Assembly (NCBI GenBank): GCA_002269645.1
Contig: NIVC01000041.1
Coordinates: 434,001-498,000 of the forward strand
Direction of reading: 5' to 3'
Length of the DNA stretch: 64,000 nucleotides
Origin: Macrostomum lignano
Taxonomy: Eukaryota
Below are positions 23,804-35,915 of this stretch, one piece after another. The number at the start of each line of letters is the position of its first letter. Positions within the stretch are counted from its first letter, which is position 1. Under the pieces are notes generated by a model. It saw only the letters and a program-made list of their open reading frames with translations. It did no database searches and was not told the origin of the DNA. A program made the translations under genes and the position numbers.

Positions 23804-26800
23804 TCAAGTCCTCCGATTCCGCCGCGGTTTCCTCCCAATCGCCGCGCTACCGGAAGGAGATGAAGAAGCGAAAGAAGCTTTGTTGCCAAGTAACTCGGTG
23901 CCCCGACTAGTGGTGATGGCAGGGCACAGCATTGGGTAGCGAAGCGACCGAGGCAAACCGCCAGCCGCTGTAGCGGCGCCACAGGCAGAATTGGAACTAT
24001 TATTATTATTCGTTGAGTCCAGCTCGTTTAAAAGTTGATTGAGCCGCGACCTTGCCGAGTCCAGCCACTTCCTAGTTGGCTTATCCAGCTTAGCCAGGTG
24101 ATTGGACAGTTCAACGCCTTCGTCGTCGGCCCGGCGATCGACCAGTTCGGGCAGGTCGGGATCGAGCTCGAGCTCTTGAGCTGTCCGTTCGAACCACAGC
24201 CGTTTAGCGTGCTGCCGGAGCAGGCGGTGCTCCTCGGACTCGATGGAGTGAGCGGCCGTCACGGCCGGCCTGAGCCGGGCCAGCTGCTCTTGGCTGGGCG
24301 GCGCCGACATCGCTGCCAGATTGTCGCTTTCGCCGGCGTCGTCGACGTCGCCATCGCTGCCGCGGCCGAGTCCGCGCAGCAGTCGGCGCAGCGGGCCGGC
24401 CTCCTCAGGCGACACCAGGGCGACTGCGGTGCCGCTGCGGCTGGCCCGAGCGGTTCGGCCGCACCTGTGCAGGTAGAGCTCCGACACCTTCGGCACCTTC
24501 GGAGGTTGGAGGGGAGGCACGCGACTAGTTGCTAATAAGTGTAGCGTATCTGACTTGTCTACTGTTCACCCTACTCTACCAGCTTGTCTACTATCTACCC
24601 TACTCTACCAGCTTGTCTACTATCTACCCTACTCTAGCAGCTTGTCTCACTATCTACCCTACTCAACCAGCTTGTCTACTATCTAACCTACTCTACCAGC
24701 TTGTCTACTATCTAACCTACTCTACCAGCTTGTCTACTATCTAACCTACTCAACCAGCTTGTCTACTATCTAACCTACTCTACCAGCTTGTCTACTATCT
24801 ACCCTACTCTAGCAGCTTGTCTCACTATCTACCCTACTCTAGCAGCTTATCTACTATCTACCCTACTCTACCAGCTTGTCTACTATCTACCCTACTCTAC
24901 CAGCTTGTCTCACTATCTAACCTACTCTACCAGCTTGTCTACTGTCTACTCTACTATACCAGCATGTCTACTATTAACCCTACTCTACCAGCTTGGCTAC
25001 TGTCTACTCTACTCCACCAGCTTGTCTACTATCTACATCTACCCTACTACTCCACCAGCTTGTCTACTATCTACCCTACTATACCAACTTGTCTCTACTG
25101 TCTACCCTACTCTACCAACTTGTCTACTGTCTACTCTACCCTTCTCTATGAACTTAACTACTGTCTACTCTACTTTACTGTCTACTTTCTACCCTACCCT
25201 ATCAACTTGACTACTATCTGATTTGCAATATACTCTACAAGCCTATGAACACACTACCAGTCATTAAGCCAATCGCACACACCTGATAGTGCACCACGTG
25301 CTCCACTCCGGGGATGTCCAATCCGCGAGCGGCCACATCAGTCGCCAGCAGCACCGAGTCGGGATTGGCCGAGAATCTATCCAAGCTTTTCAATCGCTGT
25401 CGCTGCTGCATATCTGAATGCAAAGGCCGACAGTTGGGACAGCGGAGCAAAGTTAGCAGCCGGTGCAGCCGCCTGACCGTGTCTTTGCTGGCGCAGAACA
25501 CCAGCGTGCGGCCTCGGCGACTGCGGAGCAGCCACCACAGGTAGCTGACAGGGCGGGCGGAGGGAGATTATCGGGATTTGATTCGGATCAGGATAGTAAA
25601 TTCCCATCTAACAGCTAATCTGAGAGCTAACATCTAGCATCTGACGTCTAGCAGCTAACTGAGAGCTTCCAATCTCTAACTGACAGGCTTCCAATCTCTA
25701 ACTGAGAGCTTCCAATCTCTAACTGAGAGCTTTCAATCTCTAACTGACAGCTTCCAACCTCTAACTGACAGGCTTCCAATCTCTAACTGAGAGCTTCCAA
25801 TCTCTAACTGAGAGCTTCCAATCTCTAACTGACAGCTTCCAATCTCTAACTGAGAGCTTCCAATCTCTAACTGAGAGCTTTCAATCTCTAACTGAGAGCT
25901 TCCAATCTCTAACTGACAGCTTCCAACCTCTAACTGACAGGCTTCCAATCTCTAACTGAGAGCTTCCAATCTCTAACTGAGAGCTTCCAATCTCTAACTG
26001 ACAGCTTCCAACCTCTAACTGACAGGCTTCCAATCTCTAACTGAGAGCTTCCAATCTCTAACTGAGACCTTCCGATCTCTAACTGACAGGCTTCCAATCT
26101 CTAACTGACAGGCTTCCAATCTCTAACTGAGAGCTTCCAATCTCTAACTGACAGCTTCCAACCTCTAACTGACAGGCTTCCAATCTCTAACTGAGAGCTT
26201 CCAATCTCTAACTGAGAGCTTCCAATCTCTAACTGACAGCTTCCAATCTCTAACTGAGAGCTTCCAATCTCTAACTGAGAGCTTCCAATCTCTAACTGAG
26301 AGCTTCCAATCTCTAACTGACAGCTTCCAACCTCTAACTGACAGGCTTCCAATCTCTAACTGAGAGCTTCCAATCTCTAACTGAGAGCTTCCGATCTCTA
26401 ACTGACAGGCTTCCAATCTCTAACTGACAGGCTTCCAATCTCTAACTGAGAGCTTCCAATCTCTAACTGACAGCTTCCAACCTCTAACTGACAGGCTTCC
26501 AATCTCTAACTGAGAGCTTCCAATCTCTAACTGACAGGCTTCCAATCTCTAAATGAGAGCTTCCAATCTCTAACTGACAGGCTTCCAATCTTTAACTGAC
26601 AGGCTTCCAATCTCTAACTGACAGGCTTCCAATCTCTAACTGACAGGCTTCCAATCTCTAACTGACAGGCTTCCAATCTCGAACTGACAAGCTTCCAATC
26701 TCTAAATGACAGCTTCCAATCTCTAACTGAGAGCTTCCAACCTCTAACTGACAGGCTTCCAATCTCGAACTGACAAGCTTCCAATCTCTAAATGACAGCT

Positions 26801-29800
26801 TCCAATCTCTAACTGAGAGCTTCCAATCTCTAACTGACAGGCTTCCAATCTCTAACTGAGAGCTTCCAATCTCTAACTGACAGCTTCCAATCTCTAACTG
26901 ACAGCTTCCAATCTCTAACTGAGAGCTTCCAATCTCTAACTGACAGGCTTCCAATCTCTAACTGAGAGCTTCCAATCTCTAAATGACAGGCTTCCAATCT
27001 CTAACTGACAGGCTTCCAATCTCTAACTGACAGGCTTCCAATCTCGAACTGACAAGCTTCCAATCTCTAAATGACAGCTTCCAATCTCTAACTGAGAGCT
27101 TCCAACCTCTAACTGACAGGCTTCCAATCTCTAACTGAGAGCTTCCAATCTCTAACTGACAGCTTCCAATCTCTAACTGACAGCTTCCTATCTCTAACTG
27201 AGAGCTTCCAATCTCTAACTGACAGGCTTCCAATCTCTAACTGAGAGCGTCCAATCTCTAACTGAGAGCTTCCAATCTCTAACTGAGAGCTTCCAATCTC
27301 TAACTGACAGCTTCCAATCTCTAACTGAGAGCTTCCGATCTCTAACTGAGAGCTTCCAATCTCTAACTGAGAGCTTCCAATCTCTAACTGAGAGCGTCCA
27401 ATCTCTAACTGAGAGCTTCCAATCTCTAACTGAGAGCGTCCAATCTCTAACTGACAGCTTCCAATCTCTAACTGAGAGCTTCCAATCTCTAACTGAGAGC
27501 TTCCGATCTCTAACTGAGAGCTTCCAATCTCTAACTGAGAGCTTCCAATCTCTAAATGACAGGCTTCCAATCTCTAACTGAGAGCTTCCAATCTCTAACT
27601 GACAGGCTTCCGATCATTAACTGAGAGCTTCCGATCTCTAACTGACAGCTTCCAATCTCTAACTGAAAGCTTCCAATCTCTAACTGAGAGCTTCCGATCT
27701 CTAACTGAGAGCTTCCAATCTCTAACTGAGAGCTTCCAATCTCTAACTGACAGCTTCCGATCTCTAACTGAGAGCTTCCAATCTCTAACTGACAGGCTTC
27801 CAATCTCTAACTGACAGGCTTCCAATCATTAACTGACAGGCTTCCAATCTTTAACTGACAGCTTCCAATCTTTAACTGACAGCTTCCAATCTTTAACTGA
27901 CAGGCTTCCAATCTTTAACTGACAGCTTTCAATCTCTAACTGAAAAGCTTCAATTTTGCATACTAGTCAATGCCACACAAACTCACAGATCTTTGTCCTT
28001 GGCCTCGCAGTCCAGCCGGAACTCTGTGAGGCCGCCAACCCGCCTAGTCGTGTCCACTAATTTCGGCTTGCCAGACATTCCGACCAGTTCGGCCAGCGCA
28101 GCGGCCCGATCGTCCGGGCCCAGCTGGCGCATTCGTTTCAGCTTGGATCGGCGCTGGTCCGGCCGCTCGGGCGGTCGGTGGACAAAAGTTAGCGTGGCCG
28201 AGAATAGCAACGTCTGCCGGCGACAAGGAGGCCGCTCAGCTGAAGTCGCCTTTGAATCGTCGTCGTTGGCATTGGCGTTGATTCGTTCCAGCAGTGCTCG
28301 CATCTCGGCAAAGTGTCCGGGCTCGGCCAGCCGGTCGGCCTCGTCCAGCACCAGCATCGGTAGGCTGGCCAGACCGCCGGATAGATGGGGCTGGCCAGAT
28401 TGGATCAGATCCCACAGCCGGCCGGGCGTGCCGACAACTATGTCCGGCCGGCCAGCCAGGAGACGCTCCTGACGTTGGGCGGACAGGCCGCCAAGGACAG
28501 CGGCCACGGTGACGCCGGTATGGACGGCAACTCGCTGCAGGTGAGCGGCCACCTGGCGGTTGTACCATTTTTTGCAATTATAAAGTACATAGCTAAGAAT
28601 CCTAAAGTACACAGAGAGCTTTGAAAAGTACAGGGCTGAGAATCTAAAAGTACACGGAACTTTTAAAAGTACTTAGTTAAGAATCTAAAAGTACACCGAG
28701 CTAAGAGCTAAGAATATAAAAGTACATAGGGAGCTTCTAAAAGTACAGGACTAAGAACCTAAAAGTACACAGAAGTTTTTTAAAGTACAGACGATCCTCT
28801 AAAAGTTCTAGGAAAGTAGCAAATTCGATGGACAATTTTAAGAGAAACAGAAAGCTAAGAATCTAAAGTACACAGGAAACTATATAAAAGTACAGATGAT
28901 CTAAAAGTACATAGGAATCATAGCGCACCTGCTTAGCCAGCTCCCTAGTAGGTGTCAGCACTAAGCAGTACAGCCTGCCGCCGCGTTTTTTAGCGCTGCC
29001 GTCATCTTCGAAGACGTTCTCGGCCGAATAGGCCAGAGTCTGCGGCGCTCCCACGGGCTGCCCGTCTGGGCCAAGCTCGGTCAGGCTGCCGGCCAGCAGG
29101 CCCAGATCCTCTTCGATATCGCCGTCGGCCCAGCCACATTCGGCCAGTTCCGCTTCGTCCGGCGACTGGTCGGCGTCTTCGTCGGCAGATTCGATGGCGT
29201 CGGCTTGGTCCCCGACATCGTCGTTGTCGTCATCGTCGATGTCGGCGAGCTGCTTGACCGCGGCAGCTCTAGTAGCCGAAGCTGATTTCATAGTCATAAT
29301 GCGCTGTATAACCGGTATGCCGAATGCCAGGGTCTTGCCGCTGCCCTGGGGGTTAGTTTATGCGGTTGTAAGGAGTATCTTCATAGTGTGCGGCTGTATG
29401 GTTAAGCTATGGACACAGACAGGGGAACTGAGACAGACACGATGGACACAGACAGGGGAACTGAGACAGACACGATGGACACAGACAGGGGAACTGAGAC
29501 AGACACGATGGACACAGACAGGGGAACTGAGACAGACACGATGGACACAGACAGGGGAACTGAGACAGACACGATGGACACAGACAGGGGAACTGAGACA
29601 GACACGATGGACACAGACAGGGGAACTGAGACAGACACGATGGACACAGACAAGATGGACACAGACAGGATGGAAACAGACAAGATGGACACAGACAGGA
29701 TGGACACAGACAAGATAGACACAGACAGGATGGACACAGACAGGATGGAAACAGACAAGATGGACACAGACAGGATGGACACAGACAAGATGGACACAGA

Positions 29801-30581
29801 CAGGATGGACACAGACAGGATGGACACAGACAAGATGGACACAGACAAGATGGACACAGACAGGATGGAAACAGACAAGATGGACACAGACAGGATGGAC
29901 ACAGACAGGATGGACACAGACAAGATGGACACAGACAGGATGGACACAGACAGGATGGACACAGACAAGATGGACACAGACAGGATGGAAACAGACAAGA
30001 TGGACACAGACAGGATGGACACAGACAAAATGGACACAGACAAGATAGACACAGACAGGATGGACACAGACAAGATGGACACAGACAGGATGGACACAGA
30101 CAAGATGGACACAGACAGGATGGACACAGACAAGATAGACACAGACAGGATGGAGACAGACACGATGGACATGGACACTTACAGTCTCGGCAGCGCCAAG
30201 GACGTCCCGCCGGTCGCGCAGCGCGGCAGGAATGGCCTCCCGTTGAATAGCGGTGGGCTCCGCAAAGCCCAAATCGCGCAGTGCCGCAACAATCTGTTGG
30301 CAGACGCCCAAAGACTCCCACATGGACATGTCCAGACTGGAATTGGCGCTCTGTTCCGGTTTGGTTTCTTCAGCTGCTGGCTTTTGAATTTCCTGACTCG
30401 CAAGATTTCTGCTTTTAGAAGCGGCAGCTGCTTTCTTTGCCTTCTTGCGCTTTAATTTTAATTTTCTTCGATTTTTATTCTTCTTTGCCTTCTCAATCCC
30501 GCCCGGCCGCTGAGGACCTCGAGGCGCAGGTGCTGCGGCACCCTCAATCTCTTTGACCGGCTTTGATGCCTTCTGCTTCAT
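23804..30581 (-). CDS. DDX24: DEAD-box RNA helicase DDX24/MAK5, about 778 aa, 5 exons
   Basis: Exons 30581-30183, 29345-28929, 28552-27987, 25544-25283, 24496-23804 (2337 nt in frame). GFAEPTAIQ, AET|GSGKT, PTRELA, TPGRL, DEAD, FSAT, TDVAARGLDIP, HRCGRTAR (DDX24-type motif VI). Confidence 0.92.
24555..25220. repeat. Degenerate 29-bp minisatellite in DDX24 intron 4
   Basis: CTACTCTACCAGCTTGTCTACTATCTACC. Confidence 0.9.
25660..27950. repeat. 21/22-bp minisatellite in DDX24 intron 3, about 2.3 kb
   Basis: CTTCCAATCTCTAACTGA(G/C)AG(G). Confidence 0.95.
29410..30175. repeat. 15-bp plus 39-bp compound minisatellite in DDX24 intron 1
   Basis: ATGGACACAGACA(A/G)G units. Confidence 0.95.
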
Positions 30582-30689
30582 TAAAGTTGATTCGGCAGTT
30601 ATGCATGCAATTAAATTGCTCTTGAAAATTAAATAGACGATAAATGAACCTGACTGCTATTAGTAGCACTTAGTATTGGCAACCCACTA

Positions 30690-31440
30690 ACAGATCATGG
30701 AGGTAGCAGAAACCCACTAACGGATCAGGGAGGGGTAGCGACAACCCACAAAAGGATCAGGGCGAGGGTAGCGACAACCCACAAAAGGATCAGGGCGAGG
30801 GTAGCGACAACCCACAAAAGGATCAGGAGGGGTAGCGACAACCCACAAAAGGATCAGGGCGAGGGTAGCGACAACCCACAAAAGGACCAGGGCGAGGGTA
30901 GCGACAACCCACAAAAGGATACGGATCAGGGAGGGATAGCAGAAACCCACTAACGGAACAGGGAGGGGTAGCGGAAACCCACTAACGGATCAGGGAGGGG
31001 TAGCGGAAACCCACTAACGGATCAGGGAGGAGGTAGCGGAAACCCACTAAAGGATCAGGGAGGGGTAGCGGCAACCCACTAAAGGATCAGGGAGGGGTAG
31101 CGGCAACCCACAAAAGGACCAGGGCGAGGGTAACGGCAACCCACTAAAGGATCAGGGAGGGGGTAGCGGCAACCCACTAAAGGATCAGGGAGGGGGTAGC
31201 GGCAACCCACTAAAGGATCAGGGAGAAGGTAGCGGCAACCCACTAAAGGATCAGGGAGGGGGTAGCGGCAACCCACTAAAGGATCAGGGAGGGGGTAGCG
31301 GCAACCCACTAAAGGATCAGGGAGGGGGTAGCGGCAACCCACTAAAGGATCAGAGAGGGGGTAGCGGCAACCCACTAAAGGATCAGGGAGGGGGTAGCGG
31401 CAACCCACTAAAGGATCAGGGAGGGGTAGCGGCAACCCAC
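30690..31440. repeat. About 33-bp minisatellite
   Basis: GGGTAGCGGCAACCCACTAAAGGATCAGGGAGG. Confidence 0.95.
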
Positions 31441-31944
31441 TAATTGACTTAACGAATCAACGTACTAAATATATCTATTAAAAAGCATGACTTGCTTACA
31501 AAAGACCGTTTCAAAGAGAAGCTCTCAACTCCAAATCCGATTGTGTATTTATGAAAGAGCAAAAAATGAAATGAAATGTATGCTACCATTGCTGCAAACA
31601 CACTACCGGTTTAATTAATAGAAACCGACTACAACTGAATATAAATTAACGATACAAAATATTCAAACTGAATGCAACTATCGGTGTCTAAGTGTCAATA
31701 GATGGATTACAACTATTTAATGAGTTTTCCAAGATAAATTAGGCGAGATGTGAGTCTCAGAGTCAGCTTATCAAACTAATTTGTAGCAAAATAATGCTTA
31801 CTTCAGGGGTAGGCTTGCTTTGCAATTAACAACAAAACCTGAAGTACCGCCTCAAATGTATTTTCAAAGCATTGTACACTTGTGTTACTTGGTCCGCCCT
31901 CCTTGGTGTCCGGCCTCCTGCACTTTATTACTTTTTTCTTCCGC

Positions 31945-33200
31945 TGTCTCATCTCCTCTCTGTCTTCCTTCTCCCCCTGTTTATCCCCCTCTCTCTCCTC
32001 TGCCTTCTCCCCCTGTTTCATCCCCTCTCTCTCATCTTCCTTTCCCCCTGTCTCATCCCCTCTCTCTCATCTTCCTTTCCCCCTGTCTCATCCCCTCTCT
32101 CTCATCTTCCTTTCCCCCTGTCTCATCCCCTCTCTCTCATCTTCCTTTCCCCTGTCTCATCCCCTCTCTCTCCTCTTCCTTTCCTCTGTCTCATCCCCTC
32201 TCTCTCCTCTTCCTTTCCCCCTGTCTCATCCCCTCTCTCTCATCTTCCTTTCCCCCTGTCTCATCCCCTCTCTCTCATCTTCCTTTCCCCCTGTCTCATC
32301 CCCTCTCTCTCATCTTCCTTTCCTCTGTCTCATCCCCTCTCTCTCCTCTTCCTTTCCCCTGTCTCATCCCTCTCTCTCCTCTTCCTTTCCCCCTGTCTCA
32401 TCCCCTCTCTCTCATCTTCCTTTCCCCCTGTCTCATCCCCTCTCTCTCATCTTCCTTTTCCCCTGTCTCATCCCCTCTCTCTCATCTTCCTTTCCTCTGT
32501 CTCATCCCCTCTCTCTCTCCTCTTCCTTTCCTCTGTCTCATCCCCTCTCTCTCCTCTTCCTTTCCTCTGTCTCATCCCCTCTCTCTCCTCTTCCTTTCCC
32601 TCTGTCTCATCCCCTCTCTCTCCTCTTCCTTTCCTCTGTCTCATCCCCTCTCTCTCCTCTTCCTTTCCCTCTGTCTCATCCCCTCTCTCTCATCTTCCTT
32701 TCCTCTGTCTCATCCCCTCTCTCTCCTCTTCCTTTCCTCTGTCTCATCCCCTCTCTCTCCTCTTCCTTTCCCCCTGTCTCATCCCCTCTCTCTCCTCTTC
32801 CTTTCCCTCTGTCTCATCCCCTCTCTCTCCTCTTCCTTTCCTCTGTCTCATCCCCTCTCTCTCCTCTTCCTTTCCCCCTGTCTCATCCCCTCTCTCTCCT
32901 CTTCCTTTCCCCCTGTCTCATCCCCTCTCTCCTCTTTCTTCTCCCGTGTCTCATCCCCTCTCTCTCCTCTTTCTTCTCCATGTGTCCCATCCCCTCTCTC
33001 CTCTTCCTTCTCCATGTGTCCCATCCCCTCTCTCCTCTTCCTTCTCCATGTGTCTCATCCCCTCTCTTCTCTTCCTTCTCCCCTGTCTTATCTCCTCTCT
33101 CTCCTCTTCTTTCTCCTGTCTCATCTCCTCTCTCTCCTTCTGTCCTATCGTTTCTCACCTATTCTCCTCACTGTTTATCCCTATCTCCCTCATCTCCCTC
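31945..33200. repeat. About 32-bp pyrimidine-rich minisatellite
   Basis: CTGTCTCATCCCCTCTCTCTCCTCTTCCTTTCCC. Confidence 0.95.
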
Positions 33201-33391
33201 CCTCTGCAGCACCAAATGCACTGAAGAGAAGTCAAAGCTTTTGGTCAATAGGCTTTCAAAATACAAGATTTTGTATCTGGCCCTTACATTATAAAAGGCC
33301 GCCGACCCCTGACATAATTGGTGAACCACAATTCCAAAAGCTTGCATAAACAATTCTGCTACAAACAAGAAACAGGCTGGCCTAAAATGTC

Positions 33392-33670
33392 TTAGAACTG
33401 CTTGAGTCCTTGCTCAATCACCAAGCGCTGAGTTGAGAACATCTGATTAATAGCCGTCTGACGTCGGAGCAACTCTAAGCCTCGCCGAGCTTCATCAAGG
33501 AGGCTGCGCACCTGAGCCGGATCTGACACCTCTTTGTTACGGCGAAATTCGTGCCGAACTTTTTCGCGAGCGTAGACTCGAAAATTGTACAGATTGAACT
33601 TCTGACTGCAGCGGAGAAGCTGCTTGTAGAGGGACAGAACCTCGGATCTGGGGACTGCTGGCATGCTCAT
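33392..33670 (-). CDS. LYRM4: LYR-motif protein 4 (ISD11), Fe-S cluster assembly factor, 92 aa
   Basis: VLSLYKQLLR...FNLYNFRVYA..KVRHEFRRNK...LELLRRQTAINQMF..QRLVIE. Confidence 0.92.
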   Translation of the reverse strand: MSMPAVPRSEVLSLYKQLLRCSQKFNLYNFRVYAREKVRHEFRRNKEVSDPAQVRSLLDEARRGLELLRRQTAINQMFSTQRLVIEQGLKQF

Positions 33671-33796
33671 GAATAGCGATAGGGTGACGGGTAATGACTG
33701 GGAAATTCGCTATGCGGTAATCTTATCACCTCAAGGACCAGATAGAGAATCCAGCTCATGGCTGCGGCCCAGATGAGAGGAAAGGAGAGAATAGAA

Positions 33797-34805
33797 GAGT
33801 CCTGATAAACCAACTGATTAAACACACAGTCCTGATAAACCAACTGATTAAACACACAGTCCTGATAAACCAACTGATTAAACACACAGTCCTGATAAAC
33901 CAACTGATTAAACACACAGTCCTGATAAACCAACTGATTAAACACATAGTCCTGATAAACCAACTGTTAAACACACAGTCCTGATAAACCAACTGATTAA
34001 ACACACAGTCCTGATAAACCAACTGATTAAACACACAGTCCTGATAAACCAACTGATTAAACACACAGTCCTGATAAACCAACTGATTAAACACACAGTC
34101 CTGATAAACCAACTGATTAAACACACAGTCCTGATAAACCAACTGATTAAACACATAGTCCTGATAAACCAACTGATTAAACACACAGTCCTGATAAACC
34201 AACTGTTAAACACACAGTCCTGATAAACCAACTGATTAAACACACAGTCCTGATAAACCAACTGATTAAACACACAGTCCTGATAAACCAACTGATTAAA
34301 CACATAGTCCTGATAAACCAACTGATTAAACACACAGTCCTGATAAACCAACTGTTAAACACACAGTCCTGATAAACCAACTGATTAAACACATAGTCCT
34401 GATAAACCAACTGATTAAACACACAGTCCTGATAAACCAACTGTTAAACACACAGTCCTGATAAACCAACTGATTAAACACATAGTCCTGATAAACCAAC
34501 TGATTAAACACACAGTCCTGATAAACCAACTGATTAAACACACAGTCCTGATAAACCAACTGATTAAACACATAGTCCTGATAAACCAACTGATTAAACA
34601 CACAGTCCTGATAAACCAACTGATTAAACACACAGTCCTGATAAACCAACTGATTAAACACATAGTCCTGATAAACCAACTGATTAAACACACAGTCCTG
34701 ATAAACCAACTGATTAAACACACAGTCCTGATAAACCAACTGATTAAACACACAGTCCTGATAAACCAACTGATTAAACACACAGTCCTGATAAACCAAC
34801 TGTTA
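33797..34805. repeat. 30-bp minisatellite
   Basis: AGTCCTGATAAACCAACTGATTAAACACAC. Confidence 0.95.
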
Positions 34806-35442
34806 AAACACGAAATAAATTTAGTAGGCAATGAAAAGGAAAGACAACTAAAAAATTATAACTGACACAAGCATCATAGTGTATTTAAATATAAATCATG
34901 CATAACGGTAAAATATAAATGCCCTCTCTATATATCCCTAAACAGTGAAAGCTTTCGAGCTGACATGCATGACACAAAATATGTAATAGTTTAATCGCCA
35001 GCACACACAAATGAAAAGATGCAGGTAAGATTAACGAGACAATCTAAATGTATATTTTAGAATTAAACAGTGTAACTAATTTGCTATACAACTCAAGTCT
35101 TCAGAGATAATTTTCTAAAAAGAAGAAAAATTTTACGAGCATAAAACCTTGTTCACACTGCACTAATTTGGTTGCCAAGCAGTGTTTTTCATTCGGTTTC
35201 TATGCAGCTGTTACGCAGTTGCTGTGTGACGCTAATACGCTAAAACACAACGACTCTTGGTAGATTTTTTTTATAGACTCTTGTGATTCTACAACTCAAC
35301 GTGATGCGCCTCTCCGTCAGTCGTTTTGAGTCGTTTAACAGTCACAAGAGTCGGCCCCAGAGTCGCCAGAGTCACAAGTGACGTGTTGGCAATGACTCTT
35401 TAGCGATTCTTGTCACGTTAAAGTTTTCAATGAGAAGCTGTT

Positions 35443-35815
35443 ACTATGCTATTCACCCGTGGTTGCTATGCGGTTGCTATACCTTTTTTCATGTGGTGAC
35501 TATGCTATTCACCCGTGGTTGCTATGCGGTTGCTATACCTTTTTCCATGTGGTTACTATGCTATTCACCCGTGGTTGCTATGCGGTTGCTATACCTTTTT
35601 TCATGTGGTTACTATGCTATTCACCCGTGGTTGCTATGCGGTTGCTATACCTTTTTTCATGTGGTTACTATGCTATTCACCCGTGGTTGCTATGCGGTTG
35701 CTATACCATCTTTTCATGTGGTTACTATGCTATTCACCCGTGGTTGCTATGCGGTTGCTATACCATTTTTCATGTGGTTACTATGCTATTCACCCGTGGC
35801 TGCTATGCGGTTGCT
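35443..35815. repeat. 56-bp minisatellite, about 7 copies
   Basis: CTATGCTATTCACCCGTGGTTGCTATGCGGTTGCTATACCTTTTTTCATGTGGTTA. Confidence 0.95.
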
Positions 35816-35915
35816 ATCTGGAATTTATACGGTTGCTAAGCGGTTTCAATGCAGTTGCTATGAAAGTATTAACTAGTTACATGTACTTCCTATAAAGATG
35901 AAGCCAGTCAGCTTC

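Noticed and set aside
21394-35895. Many periodic ORFs (MEDLEAIL, QLEIGSS, MDTDR, QDCVFNQLV and others)
   Set aside because: They are stop-free frames of minisatellites lying in introns or spacers of well-supported genes.
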